Shown here: positions 1-12,709 of the stretch, piece after piece
Numbering within the stretch: position 1 is the first letter of the stretch
Layout: each line of letters opens with the position of its first letter
Assembly (NCBI RefSeq): GCF_964355755.1
Contig: NC_092674.1
Location: forward strand, 12,524,001-12,588,000
Direction of reading: 5' to 3'
From: Antedon mediterranea
Taxonomy: Eukaryota > Animalia > Echinodermata
Length of the DNA stretch: 64,000 bases
Position numbers and translations under genes: made by a program
Notes under the pieces: model-generated
Told to the model about the DNA's origin: nothing
What the model saw: the letters and a program-made list of their open reading frames with translations, nothing else
Databases searched by the model: none

Positions 1-700
1 CAAATAGACGAATCAACAGTGTCAATATAAAATAAACGGATAAAATACATAATAGTCGATTCAACAAAGTCAATATAAAACATGTGATTTAAGTAAATTT
101 AAAAATGTTGGAAAACTGTCTAAAATTAAAGAATTTTTAATCATTTCCGGTAATTCTTCCCACAACCTAGGGAATATATTAATAGCGGAATGATGAAGAC
201 AATATAAATTTCTTTAAAATTAATGTAATTATCTGGAAGTCAGAGCGGGTCTTTTGTTCGTTGTGTTTCAGGCTCTCGCTATGTTACAGTTCTGATATAA
301 GGTTGTGCTGGTTCTTTTGTTTCTGTTGTGTTTAAGCGCTTGCTATGTTCATATTTTTTAAGTACTAAGCTTAAACTTGTATATGTATAAGCAACTGATT
401 TACCATTATGTTAACTAGAATCATGCTTACAATTAATTCTAATTACATTTACAATATTTATCTTAGTTTTGCTCGATCATATGTATAATAGTCAGGAGTT
501 ATCACGAGTTGATGCTGTGTCATACGTTTGGTGTTATATAACTTGAGGTACTATTATATTGTTCGTTGTTGGATTGGTGTTGTGAATTATTACATACTGA
601 TATAAGCCTAATTGACTGTAAGATAGAGTTGTTGTTATTTATTTATTAATATTTTGCAGGGCTTGAATTCTTGTACTTGAAATGATTTGTATAATAATTT
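1..700 (-). mobile_element. Decayed LINE (CR1/L2-like) 3' relic
   Basis: Minus-strand translation near 125-180 gives NIFPRLWEELPEMIKNSL, resembling the P-R-x-W-N-x-L-P motif at the end of CR1/L2 ORF2; boundaries approximate. Confidence 0.35.
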
Positions 701-759
701 GATGCTGGAGTACAATACGAATTAATAAATCGGACTGAAGGAAAGAATCAAAGTGTATT

Positions 760-2700
760 CTTCTTTATTTGTTTGGAACCACGACATTAATCTTATGAGA
801 ATTAGTTGTATAAGAACAATATTACTTTTTTTAACATTTTATAATAAAAATAAATTCCCCTTGATTAAAAAAGTACAACACCGTGTGATAACTGAAAACA
901 ATTGTATAAATATGCTTGATAAATAAATAGATATAGCATTAGCAGTTAATGAATTATTCAACAAGTATAATTGTGTTTGTTTTATAATACAATATTCTGT
1001 GTATAAATGTACGTGGCTGGGCGTTTATTAGAGGGTGGAAGTTGGATATTCCAAAGATGTTTTATTGGGGAGGGGGCGTTTATTCAAATAAATGCGGTAG
1101 GCTTAATTGGTATAATCAATACATTATTTAGTTCAAATCAAACACCAAATAATGACAATCATCAGTGGGCCGTTAATAAAGATACACGCTCTAAACGGCT
1201 TAAAATATGGGCCAAAGCACCCGGGTCTCAATAGCGATGCAGTACATGCAGATAGCGCGCAATCTGTTCAAACCTAACATCAACTCAACAACTCTGGTAC
1301 CATTCGGCTATATTGATTTCTGATATAATTTTATATACTGATTTTACAATTTTCCCTGCAAAATACTTCCAATGATTTTTTAATATAATGCATTTGTTTT
1401 TTGTTTGTTTGTTTTTTTTTTTGCAGTATAATTTCATTTTGTTTAAACTACACTAGCGTGGCCCGTGAAAAAAAACCTAAAATATATGTTTCGCCGTCAA
1501 CGGCAAATATTGGAGGAGAGCAAAAACTACATCAACCCGGCGGAAATCACTTTTATACCGCGGACGGTTGAAAATCTGCCAACGAAATCAGAAATGTTGT
1601 TTTAAAACCTTTTATAATATCTGCCTAAGAGAGAAACATTATTTAAATGTAAGTTTCATCTGAGATAGATAAGGTAGGTATGCAAGGCGGAAATCTTGTT
1701 ATATTGTGCTTAAAAGTAATTATAATTTAAATATAGATACACTAACATTGACCTCGCGGAGCACATTTAGCTCGTAGTATCATGTACGTGCACATAACAT
1801 TGCATTGGTAAGTCACAAACATATTAGTGAAATGCACAACATTGCAGTAATAGTTATTAATTTATAAAGGTTATGAAATAATCAAATTAAACAAGATAGG
1901 GTCTATCCTTTAATACACGTACAAAAAAAACAACAGTTATCTAACAACACGTCCTTACTTTAGCAACTGAACGAACGAAAGATTATATTATGCTTAATTC
2001 TTGAATATGCATACACAATGTAAAACGCATAACACCACACGGTTCTTACCCTAGCTGTTCCATGTATCTAATGTCTTAGAAAAGATAGTATTAAGGTTTT
2101 TAATGTCTGATGTCATCGGTAGACTGTTAACAGTCGTCGGTAAAGTTACTTCCGAGTTCGTTATCACTTTGCGATTTCCGGGTTGCAACCAGTTTGACCA
2201 GCGGTTAAAATGAAAATATGCTAGGTGGCAGCACAAAATTATTCCAGAATATGCCAGACAGAAATACGGCCAAAATAGCACAAAAATAACGTATCTGAGT
2301 GCGGTGTATATTTATGTTTTATGTACCACCACAAAAGTTGGAAGCAAAAAAATTATTCAGGTTTTCGGCTAAATTATGCTAGATTTAGTACAAATTATGC
2401 TATTTTTTTTTAAGTTATGCCAGATAATATGCTAAACCGTGGTAAATATGCTGTAAAATTGGGTTTTTCAAATTATGCCAGATTATGCTATAGATTTTCT
2501 AAAATTATGCCTAGCATAAATGCCAGATGGCAGATGGGTAAAAATTATGTCAAATAGGATCATAATTATGCCAGATTTGGCCACTATGGTTGTAACTTTG
2601 CTGTAGTCACAATAAAACCTCTGTATAAAACACGTGCAGCTGTCCCACATGTGAACGTGACATGTACATTTTATTTATATTTGAGTCAAGATATTCCATG
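760..2700. repeat. Diverged copy of ankyrin-unit intron sequence with no exon following
   Basis: Homologous to ~59036-59427 plus 61412-62170, to ~53030-53700, and (1490-2700) to 6505-7320, 23065-23880 and 34040-34855. Confidence 0.85.
2190..2588. mobile_element. hAT-like MITE (~400 bp) with many internal AATTATGC motifs
   Basis: CA...TG termini with loose TIR (CAGTTTGACCA / TGGCCACTATG); 8-bp TSD GTTGCAAC (2182-2189) / GTTGTAAC (2589-2596); the paralogous site near 62041 has a single GTTGCAAC. Confidence 0.65.
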
Positions 2701-3099
2701 GACGTTCCAATTTGTTTTATGTACCCAAAAACCCGGAAGATTTCTTCTAAACTGCACGAAATCACCGAAAAACAGTAAATTTTTGGAGGTTTTTTCAATG
2801 TAACTTTCTTATTAATTGACCGATTGTTATGGCTGTTTCGACATTGTAATGCCTAATTAAGCACCTACAATGTTATGTTATTTTTTAATTTAAAAAAACT
2901 TTAAACGTCGTCGGTATTGATTTTTAAAGTTAGACGATTTGAAAATTGCCCTGTGTAATTTAAAGTATCAGTTATTGCATAACATTACTGTCTAATGATA
3001 AGTTATGTAGAGATATGTTTTTTGTTTGAAACATTAGTAATAGTATTTCTGTTCATCTTTTAACTACATTTTCTATTACAATGAATTTAAATATGTACA

Positions 3100-3690
3100 T
3101 TTTGAACAATTTGATACCAAATTTAAGTTTCTACGACCAGTACTTACAGAGATATAAAGATGCCCTGGTATGTGGGTCAAAGGTCAGAAATGGCATTTCT
3201 GATCATTTTTTACTAAATGCCCCATTAGACGGAATAAAAATGCATGCCTTCTGAACATTATGAGACCAAAATTGACTTGCTGCGACCAGTGGTTGCCGAG
3301 ATACAAGTACCTTTATTTATTTGTTCATATAACCCTTGACCCTGACCCTTTGACCTTTTGTAACATTTTTCAAAATGTGTAACAAATAACAAAATATATA
3401 TTTAGAACAATTTAAAACCAAATTCAAGTGTCTACGAACAGTAGTTACGGAGATAAATACATGCCCTGGGTTGTGGGTCAAAGGTCAGAAATGGCATTTC
3501 CGGTCATTTTAAACTAAAATCTACCATTAGACTGAATATAAATGTATACCTTCTGATCAATTTCAGACCAAAATTACTTCGCTGTGAGATTTAAGGACAT
3601 ATTGGTGTTTGTTCTTATAACCTTTCACCCTGACCTTTTGACCTTTCGCCACATTTTCAAAATGTGTAACCAAGCCAAAAATGATTGTTT
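3100..3690. repeat. Two diverged ~301-bp tandem repeats, probably the interior of a non-autonomous DNA or rolling-circle element
   Basis: GTGGGTCAAAGGTCAGAAATGGCATTTC at ~3172 and ~3473, with flanking homology. Confidence 0.7.
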
Positions 3691-4116
3691 GACCACCCTA
3701 AACCAATTTCTGAAGTCAAATTCTCTGGACCTCAAAGTGCATACGAAAGTTGATCTAGCTACTTGAGTAAATATAGTTTCCATTTCTGTTTTCTAATGTA
3801 AAATTAAAATTATATTATTAGTATCTCTGTGTAATATATTCATATTGTACTGTACTAGTTAGCATCTACATACCGTTATACTGCACTTTGTTTTGATGAT
3901 TTTTTAATGAAATTGTATACACAGGGAGTTGGTATACCATTGGTTCTACTAAAATTATTATTACTTTTATTCGTTTGTGCAATATTTGAAGATTGCTACA
4001 CAAATAGAAATAATTTAAATATAATATATTTAACAGATTAAGTGTACGCACTATGCCTATGGAACAGATTACCTATCGGACGTAGTTTAGTATGACACAT
4101 CTGATATTCTATTATT

Positions 4117-6495
4117 ATAATTATTTTGTTTTATTTATTGTAATGCGCCGTGTTCTTTATATCTTTGATTGTATATTGTTTTTCAATAAGCGTGCGGAGG
4201 ATTCAGGTAATTTCTCTTAGTATTAAAGGGTAACACCGCGGCTTTAAAATGTATATTGCTTATTATAAAATATAAACCTTTTAATCAACATTGGTATAAC
4301 CGTGCCTAATTTTAGACAGCACTCAGGCAAAAGTTTAGTAGCTTCTTTAAAAAAAAGTTGTTCTATAAGACAATACCACAGAACGCGTGGGAAATGGAAC
4401 TAATTCGCCTTAAAACACTAGTTTTAAAATATCATAATTAATTAAACTTTTAAAGAGCTGATAATCAGAGATGTGCGCGCGTGCAACTTAACAATAGAAA
4501 TTAATATTTATTTACTAAACCTAAAATTATGTTTTCTATTCGAGAAACTTTGTTGTTATGGGAACACAGTAATTGGTTGGTGTAACTTCACACTAACGAT
4601 ATGTTGAAACATTATATTAATTAGTCTCCTTTACATAGACCTTGGTCATATGCGATGATTTTAAATTCAGATAGCTTTAGTATTGATATTATGTTACTGA
4701 GGTGTAGTAGTATGCTACATGCAATGTGGGTTGTTAAAAATTTTAATTTATTGATGATAAAAAGTTTATTATTATTGTAACCGAATTAGTCATGATATAG
4801 GCCTACGATGAATTTAAATCAGTTTTTGCATCATGAGGTATAGTAGTATTATATTATTATTAACCGAATTAACATTTTTTTAGTTTTATAGAATATAAAT
4901 ACTGGTTCGTAATGTCCAACACTCCACACTAAACATGACCATGCAATTAATACTAAACATTGTATTACATTGACAAGTCAGAATGTTATGATTTACTTGG
5001 TATCGAAACTATACTGGATGACCAAAAGAAGACATACACTTTGTCAAATCATATCCTGTTTTGTATCGTTGGATAGTTTTAAACTATGAAATTATTTTAA
5101 CAATAATATTGTTTGTACATTATAAGTTTGATGTAGTCATTATTTGTTTATCATTGAAAGTGTGAAATGTTAGAATTAATAGTGATCTTTGAAATTATAA
5201 TCATGAATATTGTCTCAATGTTAATATTTAAAGTAATCTTTTCTTTATTTTATGTCATTTGACCCAAGCCTAAATAATATGAAAGCAATATTTAGAAAAT
5301 AAATATTATATATCTATAATCCGAAAGTGGATATTGGTATAATACGAATAATTAAACGACTTTCTCTCTGGGCTTCCGAATTAAGTGAAGTAGACATTAT
5401 TTTATTATGTTATTATATATTAGTAACGTTCTACCGCTATTTTTATTGAAGATAATCATGTAACTACTAATCACCAGATGTAAACAAACGCAGCGCATCA
5501 GAGGCCATTTAGATCCGACGAAGAGGAACCCAACCCATCAACAGAGACGAAGGCGCCCATCAGACACGTGAATCAACCTGTCTCTTCTTCTGAAGGATCT
5601 GTCTGAGCAGGACAGCGAAACTCCGAAACAGGTTAGTTTCACTAATTGTTTTTTTGTTGTTGAAAATAATTAATACATTTCACATGCCGTATCGTTACAT
5701 AAAATGCAGAGTGTAAATAATCTCCGCGAAGCCATAGTAGTTATGTCATTAACATGCATACCAGTCTAGGACAAAAATCTCAAAAGAGGCCTAGAAATCA
5801 AGATAGGGGAAGTGGAATGCTACAGGCAGTCAACATAGCCAGATATCAATCCCTTCTGATCACTCTAAGCTTTGTTGACACAATGTTTTGCCTAGACTAT
5901 ACATCACTTCAAGTCGTCTTCTAATACTAATACCGGTACGTGTAATTTTCACATGATATCACGCTTTTCTGATATCACATCGACCAAATTCGCTTCACTC
6001 GTAACATCTCATCCCCTCCCCTTAAAACTCATGTTTACTATTCTGTTGTACCATGATACCATGATACATTTCAAACATTCTTGTTTTGAAGATGTCGATA
6101 TCTTTTCGCCTCTGCTTATCATTACTGTCTCAAAATAATCCACGTCAACATTGGCAAATGGTGGGGTACCGCATGTTTTGACTTATTTTTCTCTTTTCCA
6201 TTTATATTTAATAAGAGTTTGCTCCGTTTATCCAGTAGGATGGCATGAAACTTCTATCACTGTGACCATACTTGAAATGAGTATCTTGAATAACGAAATC
6301 AGCAATAGTTGGTCCCATAGAAATGAAAGTTGGTTGCTTTTTAGTCGGCTGGAATTATATTGCTTTTACAGCCACAAAAAATTGTCAGTAGGCCTACTTT
6401 GGTTTTCAGTGTCAACCACAAAAACATCTACCCTTGCGCGTGTACTTTTCGCGAAAAATATTTGGACGTTTAGCTTAGCACATAAATTCCTGATT
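4117..6495. repeat. Segmental duplicate of ~40899-45115 (the latter interrupted by a Helitron)
   Basis: Collinear similarity throughout; ORFs 6151..6627 and 44886..45185 share TILEMSILNNEISNSWSHRNE. Confidence 0.9.
5480..5640 (+). mobile_element. Penelope-like 3' fragment (GIY-YIG C-terminus plus degenerate hammerhead); second copy ~42070-42235
   Basis: Translates EAI*IRRRGTQPINRDEGAHQ (EAVWIRR... in the 42 kb copy), sharing NRDEGAHQ with the element at 46.5 kb; followed by CTGAAGGA-TCTGTC...GACAG-CGAAAC. Confidence 0.7.
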
Positions 6496-7903
6496 AATTA
6501 TTATGTGTCGCCGTCAACGGCAAATATTGGAGCAGAGCAAAAACTACATCAACCGGGAAATCACGAAATCAATTTTATACCGCGGACGATTGAAAATCTG
6601 CCGATGAAATCAGGAAGGTTGTTTTAACACCTTTTATAATATCTGCCTAAGAGAGAAATATTATTAAATCTACGTTTCGCGTATCTGAGATAGATAATGT
6701 AGGTATGCAAGGCGGAAATCTTTTTCCATTGTGCTCAAAAGTAACCATAATTTAAGTATAGATACACTAACATCGTGGAGCACATTTAGCTCGTAGTATC
6801 AGGTACGTGCACATAGCATCGCATTGGTAAGTCACAAACATATTAGTGAAATGCACAACACTGCAGTAATAGTTATTAAAACATAAAGGTTATGAAATAA
6901 TCAAATTAAACAAATGTCTATCCTTACACGTACGAAAAAAACACCAACAGTTATCTAACAACACGAATTCCTTACCTTCGCGCAAACACTGAAAGAACGA
7001 ATGATTATTTATTATGCTTAATTCTGGAATAGGTATGCACAATGTAAAACGCATAGCACCAACTCCTTGTCGGTTCTTACCCCAGCTGTTCCATTCGTCT
7101 AATATCTTAGAAAAGATAGTATTAGTGTTTTTAATGTCTTATGTCATCGGTAGACTTTTAACAGTCAGCGGTAAAGTTACTTCCGAGTTCGTCATCACTT
7201 TACGATTTCCAACTTCGCTGTATAGTCCCAATAAAACCTCTGTACAAAACGCTTGCAGCTGTCCCACATGTGAACGTGGCATGTACATTTGATATACATT
7301 TGAGTCCAGATAGTTCATGTTTCTCTCTTTAAACGTCAAAATGTACTAATTTGTATTAATTATATTGTAGAATACTAAAGTTTGGCTATTTAATATTATT
7401 GTGACTCAGACTGTTTAAAACTTAATGAAGAAATAGCTCATAATGTTTAATATGTTATAAATTCTGTATACACTACGATAGGACGTGACGTTATTATTAT
7501 ATTACAGTTGTAGACTATGTATAAATTTTATAATGTACCGCGATGGTAAGATTCGCATAGAAATTAATAATATTACAAGTAATACATATTAATTTATAAA
7601 GATTAAACAAGTTATTAAAAAGTTTGACATCATTTGTGACAAAACCTTGGTTAATCTGACTTTCCAATGTCAAGATTAACCATGACGAGGCAGTGGTGTT
7701 CCGAACCATGTGAGGGATACAACCGTGCAGTTCTCGACAATTTAGTCATCCTCGCCACAAAAATGGTCTGTAATATGACCCACGATGTGCTTGCTTCATC
7801 TAGGTATGTTATTATTGGCACGCCCTTTATATTGTAAAATTAAACACTTTTTTAAATCACATTGAATTATATATCACATATTATTTATGTGTGTAACACT
7901 TAC

Positions 7904-8002
7904 TTTGGTCTGAAGATCCAATTGAGCACCTTCCTTGAGCAAAATGGAGCAAACATCTGTGTGGCCGTTTTTTGCAGCCACATATAAAGGTGACGCTCCA
8001 AT
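7904..8002 (-). CDS. Ankyrin-repeat exon (most 3' in window), IGASPLYVAAKNGHTDVCSILLKEGAQLDLQTK
   Basis: 99 bp; donor ACTTAC on + strand at 7898-7903, acceptor CT at 8003-8004; identical to the 24.5 and 35.5 kb exons. Confidence 0.9.
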
Positions 8003-9150
8003 CTGAAATATTACAAACATTATGTTATAGTATTTTCTCTCTCTAAACTAAGTATTATAATATTGTCCTGGAATCAATACGATGTGATCATTTAAAAATG
8101 ACGTTATAGATTTAAATTATGCTACATAGTTAAATTAAATAAAGAGTATTAACCCTTTTCTTTAAGATAATGTATTGTATACATATACATTTTTTGTCTT
8201 TCTTGTAGGCCTATAACATTTTTTTTACATTTTTTTATAAATTTATAAAACAAATAAGTGTTTTTTTCTTTTTTTGGCCTGAAAAGTAAACACTTCATCC
8301 GATAGTGCTAACTAGTCTGAATGTAAACTGGCAGTTACAGCTAAAAATATATCTAGGCTCCAAATTCTGTTCAGGTAACACACTTTTACTGCAAAATTCT
8401 TACAATGATTACGGAATCTATTACGAGAGGTGATGGAATTTTTCTTTGAACGTCAAAATAGAGCATTGGATAGGTTGGGTCTTGCAAAATTTAATGTGTT
8501 TCCTCAATAAAGTCTCTTATAAAAGTGAATCAAATTGAGATTTACTTAATTATAACTACTGTAAGTGAAGCATAACTAAAAATACGTTCCAGCTAATTCT
8601 TACATAGTGAATAATGATAATATTTTTAATGACAGATTTATAAAAAAAATAATTAGGCCTATGGGAGGTTTAACTACAAAAGATTTAAGTCTACGCAAAA
8701 GTAAAGTCTATTTGATACTCTCATTAATGAGGTCGTGCCATTTAGGATCACTACGGTAGTGATTTATTTGCAATCTCAACTTCAGATTGGGTACCGTACC
8801 GTATTTCATGATTTAGGTGATTTTCCTATTTTTGTTTGTTACTTTGGGTGGAATATACTGTATGGTACTGCAAATAAGTCAATCTATAATAATAACCCAC
8901 TACTCTAATATTAACCCATGGGGGTTACTCTTCAAGTCACAAAAACTTATGATACAGCTGTATTTTGAAAATAAGGAGATAATGCAGGTTGATCTTGGGA
9001 GTGGGGTAGGATTGAGTGTTTTTGAGTTCAAACAAATTTGTTTATTCGTACTGTTTTATTATTTTGCTATGAGTTGCGTCACTTTACTGATATTGTTTTT
9101 CTTTGTAAGATTTTCAATTCTAATATAATTAATACTGACAATTTTTTTAA

Positions 9151-10585
9151 CTAGATGGTACGCTCGCTTCGCTCGCGTACCATCTAGGTCGTGCCCACAG
9201 ATGGTTCTCGAATACATAATAATTTCAGCGTTAAAAAACTGGCGATTTCAAATGTACGTACCGCAGGACAAATACATGTCGTTTACAGGAACGAATAAAT
9301 AGACAATGTGATTTATGTACTCAACTAAAAATAGCACCCTGGGAATTACTTCCGAAAGAGAAACTTGTCACAAAATGAGACCAATTGTTTAAGTCAAATT
9401 TAAACAAACTTAATTTGTGTTTTGTATGTAACATTAGGGTTGAGGGATGGGGAAGAGGATGGGTGGAAAGAAGAACAATTTTTAAATATATTCTTTATCT
9501 ATTTAGTAAAGAAATATTAATTGTTTTCATGTTTTACAAATAATATACCACTAAACACAGAGTAAAACATTGCGATGTAATACTTTGTTGAAGCTATAAC
9601 CGTCCAAGTCGATTGAAATAGTACAGTACATGTAACGATGTAACATCACTACGACAACGTGTATATGTTTATATAATGTAAAACAATTTGTGAAAACCAC
9701 CTCTATTTGGGGCAAATCATAAATTCGATTTAATCATCAATATATATTAAATTATCTAACTCAACTTAATTAGTAGGCCTAATGGTTTTCAATTGTTTCT
9801 TAGAGCCAATTCTTACTTAAGTTGGTTCCTACCCTACCCACCAAAGTTGTTCTGCGTTTAGGGCATGTGATGCACTGTAGGCCTATCCTCTACTGGATTG
9901 ACAACGCTACTCATGCCAGTGAGGGAAGGGTGATGATGTGGGTGGTTTAACTGCAATAATAAATATTTGTACATAAATATACGGCGACTGAAAACGCTAG
10001 CTCATTATCTGTTTAAAAAAAATGTATATCCAACCTCTGCAGCACAGATTGAAATAAAAATGGATCGAATTTCTGTTATGAGTATACAGTACTTGCCTTT
10101 ACGACGCCTGAAGGAATAGACGCTTGTGGAACAGAGATTGGAATGTTCCATTCATCGCAAATCAATACATTGGTAAAAACGTATATTAAATCTATCAAAA
10201 TAGCATTTTTAAATCGGCCTGTCTTCAACATTATGATGCTGTACTCGAACTGTTCAACCGGTTTTCAGCTATTAAAAACAATTATCGTAGGAGGTGATAG
10301 GAAAATGCGAAGTGTCCTCGTATTATTGTGTGCGGGTATTTTTCAAATTGGACATCCATTAGACAGTGTATACCACGATCGGAAAACACCCCTATTTGGG
10401 GCAAATCGTTGAACCTAAATTCGTCAATAACTAATTATCGAATTCAATTTAATTAGTAAACAGGGTTATATCAGGTGGTTAAAATCAGTACCGAAAGTAC
10501 GAACCAACTTTACATACCATCGAGTAAACATTCTAGAAATAACGCGCGATTTACCGAATTTTGCCCTTACGTAAATTTATATAGA
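9151..10585 (-). mobile_element. Non-autonomous Helitron
   Basis: Minus strand reads A|TCTATATAAA...CCATCTAG|T; terminal hairpin CTAGATGGTACGC...GCGTACCATCTAG (9151-9187); no TSD; empty site TTAA|TATTCG at 25861 and 36837. Confidence 0.88.
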
Positions 10586-12069
10586 TATTCGTAATCCAAA
10601 ACGTATTACTCGTAGCTCTTCTTCTGTTGGTACTCTTTTTGATATTCGTCGCTGCAGAACTGAATCTTTTTTTCAATCATATATCCCACGTGTTACCAGA
10701 ATTTGGAATAACTTACCCAGTGAAATCCGCAACTTAAATATTTCTGTTAGTTATTTTAATAAGCCAAATTACTTAATTATCTCAATATTTATTCTTTAAA
10801 AAATGTTGATATTGAAAAAGTGTGTAGTTGGTCGCTTTCTTGTAGATGCTTTAATTGTAGAACGTAAATTACTTATTTTTCTTATATGTTTCTGTTCTGG
10901 TTTGACCAACTAGCATAGGTGTTTAGCACCTGTTTGGTCTTTCCGTGCCTCCTTTTATAATTGTTTTGTCTTCTTTTTTATGTATATGGCAGAAATTGAA
11001 TAAATAAATAAATAAACACGGTATGTATTCAATTATCTCAACACAAATACCAATTGAAATACAATGGTTTCTGTGATTAGTTCTTTAGTTCTTTTAAATA
11101 TGGCTACTATAATCTTTCCATCTCTTCTGAAACCTGTTTTCAATACAATCAATTGCCTGTTGTAGATACAAACAAGGAAAACGCTTATTCATCATTACTA
11201 ACAAGTAAGTTATCAATGATAGTTATTTCTTCAGGTTGATGTACTTACATTTCCATCACATAACCCTTACTTTCTATCACGTAAAGTATTAAGAGTACAC
11301 GCCTGTTCATGTGCGCCATATTATTGCTCATATATTCTTTACTAAAATAATTTTGCAAGCACGTTAATGTATTGATTCAACATTACTTTGTTTATCAATA
11401 TTGGGGTTGTATATTCATATGAAGTAATACTATTAACAAGGTCAACACTCGGGAAACCAAATTTTCTGGAAAAAAGCAATGGATTTGATACTGCATTACA
11501 TTTTTTTTCTGTTATTAACCATAATAGGAAGTAAAAATAAAATGTCAACTATTGCTATATTTGGGGTTAAAGGTCACCAAATTCATGGTTTCTCACAGTT
11601 TCCATGGTTACAAGACACTATTAACATTTACCAAACATAACATTATTAGTGGATTTATATTTAATATGTCTTCTTCCTAAACAATATTAAAAAGTTTGGA
11701 TTGCCAAATTTACCATTTTTGAACTTTTGGCACACTTTGAATTGATTCTGTCCCACTTTGTCATGGGCCAAGAGCTATTCCTTTATTATTCTTTTTTTTT
11801 TTTTTAAAATCGGTAATCGTGACCCTTTATAACTTGTTGCATATGATGTGCCAGTGTGCTACGTTCTAGACATTGGAATAGTAAACAACTAATATTAAAA
11901 AGAACTTGAAACGAATTGTAAACGTCGGTCCAGCATTAGATATAATCTTAAAATTCTCTTCTGGAAAGAGGTAATAGATGTATGGAGTAATTTTATTTCT
12001 ATTCATTATCCAAAGTATGTTGACGAGCTATTACGAATGCAAGTTTGGAATAATGAAGTAATAAGAATA

Positions 12070-12405
12070 ATATACGGCCATACTGCGTTGAAACACCGGT
12101 TCTCGTCAGATCACCGAAGTTAAGCAACGTTGGGCCCGGTTGCGTTCTGGATGGGAGACCGTCTTTGTGGCGGGTGCTGTATATACTGGAGAGTGATGGT
12201 GTAATGGTAATATCTGACTAGCATGTAATAGGCATGGGTTCGAGGTTATCTGTACCATACTAATTGCATCCTTAGGCAAGATGCTTTACTCTCATTGCCT
12301 AATCTTGTAGGCGCTGCACTGCTGGCTGCCGTGGGTCCGTGGAGGGCCTAATCCTAATTTCCTCACTGAGGACAAATATTAATACAAAATACAAAAAAAA
12401 AAATA
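12070..12405 (+). mobile_element. Chimeric SINE: 5S rRNA-derived head, tRNA-like segment, CORE/Deu-like central motif, A-rich tail
   Basis: 12070-12184 is 5S-like (TACGGCCATAC...GATCACCGAAGTTAAGC...TGGATGGGAGACC); TGGTGTAATGG and GGTTCGAG boxes at 12197-12245; CCTTAGGCAAGATGCTTTAC motif; AATACA/A tail; absent from paralogues at ~20219, 31192 and 38415. Confidence 0.8.
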
Positions 12406-12709
12406 CAACGAATGTATAAGATATGGAAATTGGGAAAAAGCAGGTATTCTGTTTGTTAATGATTTGTTTAAAAGCAATGGGCAATTTATGAATAAAAAAG
12501 AAGTCGAAGATACCTATGGAATTAAGATAAACTATATAAAATCAATAGGATTAAGAAGGCTTCTGATGGAAATAAATAACAATTTTAATGATATCTGAAA
12601 TAAAAAAAAACCAGTTTTGCCGGATATTCCATTTCATATAACAAGTACTCTTTCAACAAAGAAAGGGATGTCGTATTTGTTATGATGTTTTAAATAACTC
12701 AATGTTTAA

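Noticed and set aside
7014-7709. Recurring short ORFs (MLNSGIGMHN..., MTFKERNM..., MVRNTTASS..., MTFYFYFLL...) as a gene family
   Set aside because: They recur only because the DNA is recently duplicated; no recognisable domain, and frames break in the more diverged copies.
12070-12184. Functional 5S rRNA gene
   Set aside because: Diverged 3' half, no oligo-T terminator, fused to a SINE body and absent from paralogous sites.
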